DNA of 64,000 nt from Candidatus Dojkabacteria bacterium (lineage in GTDB: Bacteria; Patescibacteriota; Dojkabacteria; SC72): contig JACPFP010000002.1 of assembly GCA_016182915.1 (NCBI GenBank), forward strand, positions 155,188 through 219,187, read 5' to 3'. Positions 8,767 to 18,319 of the stretch are shown in pieces. The notes under the pieces were generated by a model. That model saw only the letters and a program-made list of their open reading frames with translations. It was not told the DNA's origin and made no database searches. Every line of letters begins with the position of its first letter. Position 1 is the first letter of the stretch. The position numbers were made by a program, and so were the translations under genes.

Positions 8767-10770
8767 TTACTTAGCCTGATAGTCCACCCACCAATCTATA
8801 AATTCACGAGCAACTTTTGCCGCATAGAAACTTTCCCCACCATCTTCAAGAAGAACTACAAATGAATACTTAGGTTTTTCGTAAGGGAAGAAACCTGTAA
8901 CCCAAGCATGAGTATGCTCATAGATACCTTTTGAGTTAAGTTTCCCGAATTCCGCCGTTCCCGTTTTTCCTGCGACCTCAACTTTTGCATCGGTAAGGGG
9001 GAAGATAACTCTTCTGGATCCGTTTACCGCTGACCACATACCCTCTCTAACCGTCGCAAGGGCGGTTGCTGATGCAATCTTTGTATGTAGTGGGTTATAC
9101 TGCAATTTACTCTCAATTCCTTCGGAGCTTACCAATTTTGCCCCTACATGAGGAGTTTGTAAAGTCCCACCATTGGCAATTGCGGCAACCCAATTAGACA
9201 TCTGAATTGGAGTCACAGTTGTTATTCCCTGCCCTATAACCGAGTTACATGAATCCCCCTCTGGGTACCATATCGGGTCAAGCCAAGGGCTGGTACTCTT
9301 TGCCAAGGCAATCTTATTTTCCGGAGAGGGTAACATTCCCGCCCCCTCACCCGGGATATCTATATATGTATATTGGCCTATTCCAAACTTCTCTAGGTAT
9401 GGAACCAACTTATTCATATCCCAGTTTCTAATTGTCTCACAGAAAAAAAGGTTGGAAGAGACCGTAAGAGCACCAACAACTGTAAGAGGACCATATGATT
9501 TATCCCGATACTCCTGGAATCTAGCGCCGTTTGAGAATGTATATCCAGGTCGGCTTACGTAAACAGTACTAGTATTTATGGCTCCTGCATCAAGTGCAGC
9601 GGCAGCAACAATTGTTTTGAAAGTTGATCCAGGCGGTATCTGAGCTCCAATAGCCCTATTATTTAAAGGAGTCCTCTTGTCATTAAGCAGTTTATTGTAC
9701 TCTTTAATAGAAATACCCCCTATAAACTTGTTGTTATCATAACTTGGATATGAGGCCAGAACCAGAAGCTCACCTGTATTTACATCCTGGAGAATTCCAA
9801 CTGCACCTGTTGCCTTATAATCTTTAACTCCCTTCTCTAGTATTTTATACATCTGATTCTGGGCTTTAGAATCAAGTGTTAGATATAAACTGTCTCCTGA
9901 TTTTGCCTTCTCTAAAGTAATCTCCGAATCAGAGAGGATATTCCCAACACTATCTACCTCCCTCGCCTTCTTACCATCTTCTCCAAAAAGTTCCTCATCA
10001 TAGGATTTTTCAATCCCGCTTTTCCCTATAACATCATTCAGCTTAACGTAATCTAGATTCTCAAGCTCTTCTTCATATACATCCCCTGTATATCCAAGAA
10101 TGTGACCAAGAGATATCCCAGCTGGATATGATCTTTGAGAAGCATCATCGACTGTAATTCCTGGAAGAGACTCAGAGAGAGATTTAACCTGAATTGCCGT
10201 TTGATTATCTATACCTCTAACAATTACTAACGTTTTGGCCAAGAATTTCTCCGTCTCATTCATCTTATCTATTGTTGTAAAGACTTTTTCAGAAATATCT
10301 TCCGGCCGATGTTTTTCAGGGACAAGGGTCTCTATCTTTTCTAGGGTTTTGGCTATACCATCGTAGTTAAACTCTGCCCCTACTTTGTACTCACGGAGGT
10401 CTATTGAAATATTAATAGAAGGAATATTTTCAGCAAGTTTCTTCCCATTTCTATCAAAAATCACTCCCCTTTTTGCAGGAATGGCAACTATCTCTAGTTT
10501 GTTGTTTACAGATCTGTCATAGAGCTCGTTTCCATTTACAACCTGTAGATTAAAAAGCGACGAGAGAACTGTTACCAGAAAAAGAATAATTATTAGAAAC
10601 GGGACAACATAGTTCCACTTTGATATAACGACATCCTCCTTATGTTTCTTTTTAAGGGAATCAACAGCAGTCTTCTTAATTTTCTCAACATCTCCTAAAT
10701 TGAAATACTGTTTAAAATTAAGGGATGAGCGATTCTCTTTCTCAAGTTTTTTGGAAAGTTTTAAATCCAC
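8767..10770 (-). CDS. mrdA: penicillin-binding protein 2 (elongasome transpeptidase)
   Basis: N-terminal TM anchor, SxxK (STFK), SSN and KTGTA motifs. Follows mreBCD. Confidence 0.9.
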   Translation of the reverse strand: MDLKLSKKLEKENRSSLNFKQYFNLGDVEKIKKTAVDSLKKKHKEDVVISKWNYVVPFLIIILFLVTVLSSLFNLQVVNGNELYDRSVNNKLEIVAIPAKRGVIFDRNGKKLAENIPSINISIDLREYKVGAEFNYDGIAKTLEKIETLVPEKHRPEDISEKVFTTIDKMNETEKFLAKTLVIVRGIDNQTAIQVKSLSESLPGITVDDASQRSYPAGISLGHILGYTGDVYEEELENLDYVKLNDVIGKSGIEKSYDEELFGEDGKKAREVDSVGNILSDSEITLEKAKSGDSLYLTLDSKAQNQMYKILEKGVKDYKATGAVGILQDVNTGELLVLASYPSYDNNKFIGGISIKEYNKLLNDKRTPLNNRAIGAQIPPGSTFKTIVAAAALDAGAINTSTVYVSRPGYTFSNGARFQEYRDKSYGPLTVVGALTVSSNLFFCETIRNWDMNKLVPYLEKFGIGQYTYIDIPGEGAGMLPSPENKIALAKSTSPWLDPIWYPEGDSCNSVIGQGITTVTPIQMSNWVAAIANGGTLQTPHVGAKLVSSEGIESKLQYNPLHTKIASATALATVREGMWSAVNGSRRVIFPLTDAKVEVAGKTGTAEFGKLNSKGIYEHTHAWVTGFFPYEKPKYSFVVLLEDGGESFYAAKVAREFIDWWVDYQAK

Positions 10771-10772
10771 TA

Positions 10773-11270
10773 TTACAGTTTTATTATTTTATGACCTGTT
10801 CCACCGGAAAAGTATGTTCGGAACATGCTGATTAAGAGTAGGACTGAGGACATTATAAAGGAGTATAGTAAAGAAGAAGCTAGTTCTTGAAAGTTCTCAA
10901 ATGCTCTAAATCCACTTCCGCTACTAAGATTCATAAAGATCTCCAATGATACATAGAAAAGAAAGAAAGATATCGTTGTGAAGATTAAATCTAATGTTCT
11001 AGTTTCATTAGGGATAACCCTCTTAATTATTATATCGAAAATATATGAGACGTAGATCGAAATAAAAGTTGAACCGAAAAGAAGATGGAAAGTTACATCA
11101 TTAAGAAGACTCAATATAAAGATTGTAATATAGACCCAAAGATTATGTGAGTATCTTAGAACTAGAAGAGAGAAGAGTGCAGTTACGTTAATACCCAAGA
11201 AACCGTAGAAAAACGGAGAAAGAATAGGCATAAGAAAAATCCCAAAGATTGTAATAATTACTTCGCTCAT
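10773..11270 (-). CDS. mreD: rod shape-determining protein MreD (polytopic membrane protein)
   Basis: 165 aa multi-TM protein located between mreC and mrdA. Assignment is mainly by conserved position. Confidence 0.55.
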   Translation of the reverse strand: MSEVIITIFGIFLMPILSPFFYGFLGINVTALFSLLVLRYSHNLWVYITIFILSLLNDVTFHLLFGSTFISIYVSYIFDIIIKRVIPNETRTLDLIFTTISFFLFYVSLEIFMNLSSGSGFRAFENFQELASSLLYSFIMSSVLLLISMFRTYFSGGTGHKIIKL

Positions 11271-12097
11271 TGTATTTCTATAATATATCTATTTAAATCA
11301 TAGTAGTTAACTGAGATTTCAATACTGGAGGTAATGGATGAGGAAGCAGGATCTCGATCAAGATCCTTAATCCTTCCGAGAACAAGATAGCTCCCTATCT
11401 TAGGGTCATTTGTTATTACAAAATCGCCATCTGCGACCCCTTTATCAGTACTTATATTCTCGACTGATACCCAATCTCCCTTCCCTATCGCAACTGCTTT
11501 GGATTTCGTCTTTTCCGAAACCAGTCTCTTCAGTTGATCAGTATTTAAACCCTCAATATTAGTTGGTTTAATAACTGAGACCTGGATAAAACTGGATCTA
11601 TTATATGGGAGTTTAACTGTTCCTGAAGACCTATCCAAGCTATCAATAAATCCAACATAATACTGACCATATTGAACAACCCCTCCCTTTTTAACTCCGT
11701 TGTCACTACCTAAATCAATATAGCCAATCTCCAATCCCTCTCCCATGAACATATTTACTTCGGAGTATTTTGATTTCTTTGCAAGAAACCTTTCAGACTT
11801 TTTAAGTTGAGTATTCTCTTCTATTAGGAATGATATGGTATCCAGTTGAGATTTAAGCGTTGAGTTTTCGTCACGAAGTTTTTCATTTTCATTCTTTATC
11901 TCAATTATTTCTGAAAAAAGGGTGAAGTAGTTCTTGACCTGCCTACCGTTAACCACTTGATCGTGAGAAGTATTTGTATATACATACGAAATATAATTCC
12001 TTAGCCAGCTCATCTGAGAGCTTAAAAAAAGAAGAATTACGCTTAGGACAAGAAAGAAAAGTATATATAATTTATTTTCATTCTGATTACTCTCCAT
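11267..12097 (-). CDS. mreC: rod shape-determining protein MreC
   Basis: N-terminal TM helix, coiled-coil region and C-terminal beta domain. 4-bp overlap with mreD, directly downstream of mreB. Confidence 0.7.
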   Translation of the reverse strand: MESNQNENKLYILFFLVLSVILLFLSSQMSWLRNYISYVYTNTSHDQVVNGRQVKNYFTLFSEIIEIKNENEKLRDENSTLKSQLDTISFLIEENTQLKKSERFLAKKSKYSEVNMFMGEGLEIGYIDLGSDNGVKKGGVVQYGQYYVGFIDSLDRSSGTVKLPYNRSSFIQVSVIKPTNIEGLNTDQLKRLVSEKTKSKAVAIGKGDWVSVENISTDKGVADGDFVITNDPKIGSYLVLGRIKDLDRDPASSSITSSIEISVNYYDLNRYIIEIQ

Positions 12098-12113
12098 TCA
12101 ATAGTATATTGTG

Positions 12114-13169
12114 CTATATAATTTCATTCCATGATCTTTGAATACGCTCAAGAAGCTCAATGTGATCAAGCATTAACGAGGTACCTCTTGCAACCGTAGA
12201 CATAGGGTCATTTACAATATTTACAGGGACATTCAGTTCACTCTGCCACAATTTGTCGAGTCCGCGAATCAGTGCTCCCCCACCCGCCAAATTAATACCC
12301 GAGGTGAGTAGATCTGTAAGAAGTTCTGGTGGGGTTTCTTCAATAGCATCTTTAACTGCATCTGTAATCTGTTCGATAGAGTTCAGCATTGCCTCTCTTG
12401 CTTCCACACTTGTAAACTCAACAGACTTTGGGAGTCCTGTAATAAGGTCGCGACCCTGTATTATAACAGTCTGCTCTTCTTCTAATGGCGAGGCGGAACC
12501 TATTGCAATTTTAACATCTTCAGCCGTTCGCTCTCCTATTAAAATATTATATTTATCCCTAACATAATCAATTATATCCTGATCCATCTCATCTCCCGCA
12601 ATCCTAATCGTCTTGTCTACAACAATATCTCCTAAGGAGAGAACCGCAATATCTGAAGTCCCCCCTCCGATATCAACAATCATACTTCCTGAAGCCTGTT
12701 CAACAGGTAATCCAGCTCCAATCGCCGCTGCCATTGCCTCTTCAACTATAAAGACCTCACGAGCTCCAGCCGTCTTACACGCATCAATAACAGCCTGACG
12801 TTCAACCTCTGTTACAGAGGATGGTACGCCAACAATAACTCTTGGTTTTGGAATCTTAAATGATTTAGCAACATAGGTATGAGTAAGGCCAATAAAATGA
12901 TGGATCATTGCCTGCGTAGTATCGAAATCTGTAATTACACCATCACGCAAAGGCCTCACAGCAACTACGTTTGCAGGGGTTCTTCCAATCATCTGCCTTG
13001 CATCCTTTCCAACTGCTAGTACCCTGTTGGTCTTCTTATCTATAGCAACAACGGAAGGCTCAGAGACAACAATTCCTTTACCTCTCAGGTATACCATTGT
13101 ATTGGCAGTTCCTAGGTCTATACCGATATAGTATGTAATAAGTTCTAGAAGGGAATTAATAATATTCAT
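12114..13169 (-). CDS. mreB: rod shape-determining actin homolog MreB
   Basis: YIGIDLGTANTMVY..., DIGGGTSD and GGGALIRGL actin-fold motifs. Confidence 0.95.
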   Translation of the reverse strand: MNIINSLLELITYYIGIDLGTANTMVYLRGKGIVVSEPSVVAIDKKTNRVLAVGKDARQMIGRTPANVVAVRPLRDGVITDFDTTQAMIHHFIGLTHTYVAKSFKIPKPRVIVGVPSSVTEVERQAVIDACKTAGAREVFIVEEAMAAAIGAGLPVEQASGSMIVDIGGGTSDIAVLSLGDIVVDKTIRIAGDEMDQDIIDYVRDKYNILIGERTAEDVKIAIGSASPLEEEQTVIIQGRDLITGLPKSVEFTSVEAREAMLNSIEQITDAVKDAIEETPPELLTDLLTSGINLAGGGALIRGLDKLWQSELNVPVNIVNDPMSTVARGTSLMLDHIELLERIQRSWNEII

Positions 13170-13225
13170 TAAATAGCCAATAAAATAACTCTAGCTATTG
13201 TAACATTAAAGGGGGGATATTTCAG

Positions 13226-13441
13226 CTATGCTGTTTGATCTTTTTTCAATCTCTTGTAGCACTTCATACATACCTCTGTGCGTACAACCTGACCATCAAC
13301 CTCAAGATCTAACTTTTTAAGATTAGGTTTGAATACTCTAACAGTCTTTGGTGCTTTAAATCTCCACTGAATGGAGTGATGATGTTGAATTCTTCTTCCC
13401 GCGATTCTTCCTTTACCGCAAATTGCACAGATTTTTGTCAT
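13226..13441 (-). CDS. rpmB: 50S ribosomal protein L28
   Basis: 71 aa (MTKICAICGKGRIAGRRIQHHHSIQWRFKAPK...), an L28 family pattern. Confidence 0.85.
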   Translation of the reverse strand: MTKICAICGKGRIAGRRIQHHHSIQWRFKAPKTVRVFKPNLKKLDLEVDGQVVRTEVCMKCYKRLKKDQTA

Positions 13442-13494
13442 GATATGTATTTGAATACTAAAATGCTAGGTGATATTATCAAAAAGTAACGTTT

Positions 13495-14118
13495 TTGACA
13501 AGCACTATGCATATGGACACATTATATTGGATTATTTTTGCAATTCCCTCAATTGTAGTTGCGTCTACTGTACATGAATATGCTCATGCCTGGACTGCAT
13601 ACAAATTAGGCGATCCTACAGCCAAAGCAGAAGGTAGGCTTACATTAAATCCTCTCGTCCATATAGATCCAATTGGAGCCCTTATGCTTATAATAGCAAG
13701 GATTGGTTGGAGCAAACCAGTACCAATCTACGAAGGAAACTTCAAAAATCCAGTACAGGGAACTGCTCTTACTGCCATAGCAGGACCATTAAGCAACCTC
13801 CTTCTTACCCTTATAACAGCAGTTATATACAACATCTTCCTTACAAACTCTTCACTCTTTGTTCAATCATTCGTTCTAACCTTCGCCCTGATTAACCTCT
13901 CACTTATGGTCTTCAACCTTCTGCCAATTCCTCCATTGGACGGACACAAAATTGTAAGGGCATTCCTTCCGCTAAAACTGAGGTACTCATGGGAGATGTT
14001 AGATAAATATGCTATATGGTTAATAATTATTCTTTTCCTCCCAATCTCACCTTTGCAGACCTACACATCCCGATTTATCTCTACAATACTAGACTTTTTC
14101 CTCAAACTCCTCTTTTAG
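13495..14118 (+). CDS. site-2 protease family (M50) membrane metalloprotease without PDZ
   Basis: HEYAHA (HExxH) in the first TM helix, a LNPLVHIDPIGA motif and multiple TM helices. Confidence 0.8.
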   Translation: MTSTMHMDTLYWIIFAIPSIVVASTVHEYAHAWTAYKLGDPTAKAEGRLTLNPLVHIDPIGALMLIIARIGWSKPVPIYEGNFKNPVQGTALTAIAGPLSNLLLTLITAVIYNIFLTNSSLFVQSFVLTFALINLSLMVFNLLPIPPLDGHKIVRAFLPLKLRYSWEMLDKYAIWLIIILFLPISPLQTYTSRFISTILDFFLKLLF

Positions 14119-14306
14119 TACTACAACCCTAAAGTTATTATTGCCTAGAAAAATTATCTAGGTTAGAATTAATTGCTCTAGTGGAAGTACAAGAGAGTGT
14201 TTGGCTCCGTAACCAACGTTATGGGACTTCAACATTGCTTGGCTCTTTGGAGTCAGGTTGCGAAAACCCACTTTTTTGGAGCAGAGCTCCAAAACCTCTC
14301 TTTCCG

Positions 14307-14327
14307 CTAGAGCGCTTTCTTTCTATG
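14307..14327. repeat. left copy of 21-bp direct repeat CTAGAGCGCTTTCTTTCTATG
   Basis: 20/21 identical to the copy at 14948-14968. Together the copies bracket the hypothetical gene 14397-14951. Confidence 0.8.
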
Positions 14328-14396
14328 ATGTTATGACCAAGTTATCAATTCCCGTACTTTTCTGAAAAACACTTATATAGTGGTATAATATCAACT

Positions 14397-14951
14397 ATGA
14401 GGAGTAATAATAGTTTGCAAGACGCGCTTGATAGTTTTAAACCAGAGCTAGACATTCCAGCGGATCGCCTCTCTCCTGCTCAATTTGCAGAAGTTCTTAG
14501 TGAGCTTGGAGTTGTCTGTAACGAAGATGCAATATTTTCTTACATTACATGTACTAGACCCGATTTCTGTGGTGATAGGTACGATTTAAGGTTTTTCAGA
14601 GAAGATACCGACACCGCCCCTTCAATCGAATTGGCAGTAACAATGGTGAAGGATCTTGAAAAATGGAGAGTACATCAAATCTTCGATCCCCGTGAACCAT
14701 ATAGATTACATGAATGGGAATCCAAACCGACAAAGACCCAATGGCTAAAAAAAATGGATAGCTCATCACCAATTGAATTGCACGAAGTAACCTACAACAC
14801 CGCCGATTCCAAAATGTTTTCAGGTTCAACTGTATATACAATAACAACAGATGAAAAATTAGAGATAGAACTATCCCCCGTCGAACTATTAAATGCAATT
14901 TTAAAAGCAAAGGAAAACGGTCCTTTTAATTTCATAATCCTTCTGGACTAG
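14397..14951 (+). CDS. hypothetical acidic protein (no recognisable domain), GC-richer than neighbours
   Basis: 184-aa ORF. Codon composition is visibly richer in G/C than flanking genes. Flanked by near-identical 21-bp direct repeats. Confidence 0.4.
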   Translation: MRSNNSLQDALDSFKPELDIPADRLSPAQFAEVLSELGVVCNEDAIFSYITCTRPDFCGDRYDLRFFREDTDTAPSIELAVTMVKDLEKWRVHQIFDPREPYRLHEWESKPTKTQWLKKMDSSSPIELHEVTYNTADSKMFSGSTVYTITTDEKLEIELSPVELLNAILKAKENGPFNFIILLD

Positions 14952-14968
14952 AGCGCTTTCTTTTTATG
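14948..14968. repeat. right copy of 21-bp direct repeat CTAGAGCGCTTTCTTTTTATG
   Basis: Overlaps the stop codon of 14397-14951 and the 3' end of the convergent TrmB-like gene. Confidence 0.8.
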
Positions 14969-15799
14969 TAGTTTCTTACGCATTTCTTCAACCTTCTCCT
15001 CCCACTCTTTCTGACTTAGTGGCTTTGCCATTCCCCAAAAAGCTTTGAATATCTGCCTTTGCATCTTTGCAAATTTAGCATCCGTTATTTCAACCCCGTA
15101 TACATCTCCCTTAAGCCAGTTAAATATGACAACAGTATCATTATATATATCCATCTCAATTGTAATATCTAGCTCCTCAGGTTCAATATACCTAATCTCA
15201 TCCCCTACGAAGGGCATTAAATCACCGCTCGCCATCATCTCGCTTTTTAAAAATTCAACAGACCTTAAATCCCTAATTTCAATTCCCCTGACCACACACT
15301 CACTCGACCACTTGTGAAAGAACTTATCCCCTGTAATCTCATTAAGAATTCTGTATGAATACACAAGAATCTCTTTTTCAGCACGAAGTTCATTCCAAAG
15401 TACCTGTTTGATACCTTCAACTCCTTTATAGAACTTTACATTGGTGGGGAGTGAGGACTGCCTATATTCACCAACAATATTAAGAAAGCTTGGGAGGTTC
15501 TTTGATATAAAGGTAGTCTTATTGATAACTTCTTCAGCATGACGTTGTAGGACGGAGAGGTCACAGGCCTGTAGAAACCTCTTATTGAATTCCAATCTCT
15601 CAACTACAATCCCCTTCTCTATAAGTCCTTCAAGAAGTCTATATAGCTTAGTTCTTTCAATACCTGAACTGCGAGAAAGATTGAGAATTGTCATTTCCCC
15701 CTTTATTAGAAGGTTCGTGTATATAGTGATTTCCTCTTCACCATAGCCTAAATCCTTCAGGTATCTATTTAAGAAATCTATATTATCCATGTTGTGCAA
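14948..15799 (-). CDS. TrmB-family transcriptional regulator (N-terminal wHTH plus C-terminal effector domain)
   Basis: N-terminus LNLSRSSGIERTKLYRLLEGLIEKGIV is a TrmB-like winged helix. 283 aa. Confidence 0.7.
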   Translation of the reverse strand: MHNMDNIDFLNRYLKDLGYGEEEITIYTNLLIKGEMTILNLSRSSGIERTKLYRLLEGLIEKGIVVERLEFNKRFLQACDLSVLQRHAEEVINKTTFISKNLPSFLNIVGEYRQSSLPTNVKFYKGVEGIKQVLWNELRAEKEILVYSYRILNEITGDKFFHKWSSECVVRGIEIRDLRSVEFLKSEMMASGDLMPFVGDEIRYIEPEELDITIEMDIYNDTVVIFNWLKGDVYGVEITDAKFAKMQRQIFKAFWGMAKPLSQKEWEEKVEEMRKKLHKKKAL

Positions 15800-15846
15800 A
15801 TTTTACACAGATTTATAAAAGTTAACAAGAGAGAGAAAATGCATGT

Positions 15847-16356
15847 ATGAATACAAAGGAAAAGGCACTCAAAATACTCGAAGAAAATCTGTACATGACC
15901 CTCTCAACCGTTGACCCAGAGGGCAACCCTTGGATATCCAATGCGTACTTCGCCTACGATAAAGATATGAATATATACTGGTATTCCCCAAGAAAGAGTC
16001 AACATTCTACATATATTAGGAATAACCCGAATATTGCAATATCGATATTTAACTCCACCCTTACTGGGGAAGATGTCGATGCAATATACATAAAAGCCAA
16101 AGCAAAGGAGTTAACAAATCCCCTCGAGATCGCTAGAGGCCTAAAGATACTTGGAAAGAAATTACTTAAGACCAAGTTTGTAAATGGAAGAGACGAGATG
16201 AAAAAGTTTATATCATCCGTAAGAGACTTCAGATTAACCTCCCCACTTAGAATGTACATAGCTAAGTCTACAGAGATATTCAAGCTTGCACCCATCATGA
16301 TGTACAAAAAACATTACCTTGACAGCAAAATCAAGGTAGAGTTGGAAGAGAAATAA
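15847..16356 (+). CDS. pyridoxamine 5'-phosphate oxidase-like FMN-binding split-barrel protein
   Basis: MTLSTVDPEGNPWISNAYFAYD... is typical of the PNPOx-like/general stress protein 26 family. Confidence 0.7.
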   Translation: MNTKEKALKILEENLYMTLSTVDPEGNPWISNAYFAYDKDMNIYWYSPRKSQHSTYIRNNPNIAISIFNSTLTGEDVDAIYIKAKAKELTNPLEIARGLKILGKKLLKTKFVNGRDEMKKFISSVRDFRLTSPLRMYIAKSTEIFKLAPIMMYKKHYLDSKIKVELEEK

Positions 16357-16426
16357 CAGAGAAATCAAGAAGAGAATTATAAGAAATATAAGGTGGAGGC
16401 CTTAAACATATTCAGCATAGCTAGAA

Positions 16427-16450
16427 TTGACTATATCTTACTGATATAAT
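16427..16450 (+). promoter_or_regulatory. putative promoter for tRNA-Thr/Tyr (TTGACT ... extended -10 TGaTATAAT)
   Basis: TTGACT at 16427-16432 and tgNtataat at 16442-16450, ~13 nt upstream of the tRNA 5' end. The spacing to the -35 is short, so the call rests mainly on the extended -10. Confidence 0.4.
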
Positions 16451-16463
16451 ATCCTACATGCGC

Positions 16464-16540
16464 GCTGAAGTAGCTCAGTTGGTCAGAGCAGCTGTTTTGT
16501 AAACAGCAGGTCGAGAGTCCGAGTCTCTCCTTCAGCTCCA
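16464..16540 (+). tRNA. tRNA-Thr (anticodon TGT), CCA encoded
   Basis: Manual cloverleaf: acceptor GCTGAAG/CTTCAGC, D-arm GCTC...GAGC, anticodon stem GCTGT/ACAGC with loop TTTGTAA, T-arm GAGAG-TCCGAGT-CTCTC. Confidence 0.8.
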
Positions 16541-16544
16541 GTGA

Positions 16545-16627
16545 GCAAGGGTGGTGGAGTGGTCTAACACATCAGACTGTAAATCTGACGCCTTCGGGCT
16601 TCACAGGTTCAAATCCTGTCCCTTGCA
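16545..16627 (+). tRNA. tRNA-Tyr (anticodon GTA) with long variable arm
   Basis: Acceptor GCAAGGG/CCCTTGC, anticodon stem TCAGA/TCTGA with loop CTGTAAA, long variable arm CGCCTTCGGGCTTCA, T-arm CAGGT-TCAAATC-CTGTC. Confidence 0.8.
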
Positions 16628-16662
16628 CATTGGAAAACTTTAATACCTTATCAAAATAAAAA

Positions 16663-17022
16663 ATGGACTACACCTTAGTAGGTGCAATATCCAACGCAGG
16701 AAATGCATCGGATAAATATAGAGAACAACTACCTCCAGAGCCCTCAACTGACTTACCTGTCAATGTTGAAAGCATAGAGCAAACCCAGCTCTTTGTAATA
16801 ACCAAAATACAACTGAAGGGTTCGGAAGCCCCCCTTACCCTCGACGATCCCGTTCGAGTATTTAGAAATAGTTTTCGTATTGATGGCGTAATCACAGAGT
16901 TCGAGATTGAAAGAGATCCGCTAAAAGGCCATAAAATGTTTGTCCACGTGGAATCCCCAGTTTTTCCCGAAGGACCGATTAGATGTGACACGACTTTATA
17001 TCAAATCGTAAAGAAAAAATAA
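16663..17022 (+). CDS. hypothetical protein, GC-richer than surroundings
   Basis: 119-aa ORF directly after the tRNA pair. No recognisable motif. Confidence 0.35.
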   Translation: MDYTLVGAISNAGNASDKYREQLPPEPSTDLPVNVESIEQTQLFVITKIQLKGSEAPLTLDDPVRVFRNSFRIDGVITEFEIERDPLKGHKMFVHVESPVFPEGPIRCDTTLYQIVKKK

Positions 17023-17142
17023 CACATTAATCCATATATGATATAATGTACACGTACTTGGCGAAATAAGTGGGTGTATATATAAATAAAACATTTCCCC
17101 TATTTACGTAAGTTACGAATTTAATTTATTTTATTTATTTAC

Positions 17143-17487
17143 ATGTCCACAAAGTTATATTTGGGCAATCTCTCATACTCTCTCACAGAAGAGGACCTAA
17201 GGACTTTTCTTGCAGATTACGGCGACCTAGAGGAAGTAGTAATCATCAAGGATAAGTTTTCTGGTAGATCTAAGGGATTCGGTTTCGCAACTCTCGCAAG
17301 TGAAGAGATGGCAAAGAAAGCTATCGAAGAACTAAACGGAAAAGAGTTAGATGGTAGAAATATCGTTGTAAACGAATCTAGACCTATGGAAGATAGACCT
17401 AGAAGAGACAACAGAAGTGGTGGTGGATTCGGCGGTGGAAACCGTGGAGGAAGCAGCTACGGAAATAACAGAGGAGACAGATACTAG
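17143..17487 (+). CDS. RRM-type RNA-binding protein with Gly/Arg-rich tail
   Basis: RNP2 (KLYLGNL) and RNP1 (KGFGFATL) motifs, plus a C-terminal RGG/GGF repeat tail. Confidence 0.85.
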   Translation: MSTKLYLGNLSYSLTEEDLRTFLADYGDLEEVVIIKDKFSGRSKGFGFATLASEEMAKKAIEELNGKELDGRNIVVNESRPMEDRPRRDNRSGGGFGGGNRGGSSYGNNRGDRY

Positions 17488-17509
17488 TCTCACTGGTTGT
17501 TCGAAACTG

Positions 17510-17541
17510 AACAGGGGCAGAAATGCCCCTGTTTGTTTTTT
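17510..17541 (+). terminator. rho-independent terminator after RRM gene
   Basis: AACAGGGGC-agaaat-GCCCCTGTT hairpin followed by TGTTTTTT. Confidence 0.75.
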
Positions 17542-17584
17542 AGGGTTGTGCCAATTTACATTTACTAATATAATAACCACATAT

Positions 17585-17660
17585 GCTGAATTAGCTCAGT
17601 TGGTAGAGCATTCCCATGGTAAGGGAAAGGTCCTGAGTTCGATCCTCAGATTCAGCTCCA
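17585..17660 (+). tRNA. tRNA-Thr (anticodon GGT), CCA encoded
   Basis: Acceptor GCTGAAT/ATTCAGC, anticodon stem TTCCC/GGGAA with loop ATGGTAA, T-arm CTGAG-TTCGATC-CTCAG. Confidence 0.8.
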
Positions 17661-17698
17661 TTTGGTAATTGCTCAATTAATTTTGTTTAAGATTTGAA

Positions 17699-18202
17699 AT
17701 GGCAAAATCAGACTCCTCTATTCCCCCAGAATACAACATAAATTCCTTGGCCACTACAATGGACATGCAGGGAAAAGACGTACTATTAATTCAGAACGTT
17801 GAACAATTTAATAAGTATACAGAAGAACTAAAAGCAGGTGTGCTTGTTCTTACTAGTCAAGTAGCGAGCCCAGAATTAGTTAGAGATGATTTCAACTGCG
17901 CCGTTTTTGAGTATCTAGATGGAAATGATCACTTACCTACGATTTCCTCCCCTAAGTATTTACCTAGTTTCGATTACATTCTTTACGCAAAACATCAGGA
18001 AACTATACAACAGGTCTTTATATCTGTTGACCTCACCAAACTTACGGATCAACAGGTAGTCGCAGTCTTGAGCTTAATCTACGACATGTGCTCAGAAGAT
18101 GAAGGAGGAATAGGTAAAAAATTGAAGTTTATTATGCACGATGAGAGAATACCCACCAAAATCCTTTCAATAACAACAACCTTTGATGACACAGAAGAAT
18201 AA
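17699..18202 (+). CDS. hypothetical acidic protein
   Basis: 167-aa ORF with no recognisable domain. Occupies the position where tuf sits in the canonical thrT-tuf-secE arrangement. Confidence 0.35.
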   Translation: MAKSDSSIPPEYNINSLATTMDMQGKDVLLIQNVEQFNKYTEELKAGVLVLTSQVASPELVRDDFNCAVFEYLDGNDHLPTISSPKYLPSFDYILYAKHQETIQQVFISVDLTKLTDQQVVAVLSLIYDMCSEDEGGIGKKLKFIMHDERIPTKILSITTTFDDTEE

Positions 18203-18290
18203 AGCCAGGAGTAGTTTTTGTATATTTTCAACCTTAAACACCCTCTTTTTAACCCGATAAACATAAATAGATAGGTAGTAAAAATATAAT

Positions 18291-18319
18291 TTGACCCTTT
18301 TCTTCTTTTCTCCTATAAT
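18291..18319 (+). promoter_or_regulatory. consensus sigma-70-like promoter upstream of rpmG (TTGACC-17nt-TATAAT)
   Basis: TTGACC at 18291-18296, a 17-nt spacer and TATAAT at 18314-18319, ~40 nt upstream of the rpmG ATG. Confidence 0.6.

Noticed and set aside
12253-12798. Two Ser/Ala-rich ORFs antisense to mreB.
   Set aside because: Shadow ORFs of a highly conserved gene. No independent signals.
17417-17668. 83-aa ORF spanning the RRM-gene terminator and tRNA-Thr(GGT).
   Set aside because: It overlaps a well-folded tRNA and a terminator hairpin. Not credible as coding.
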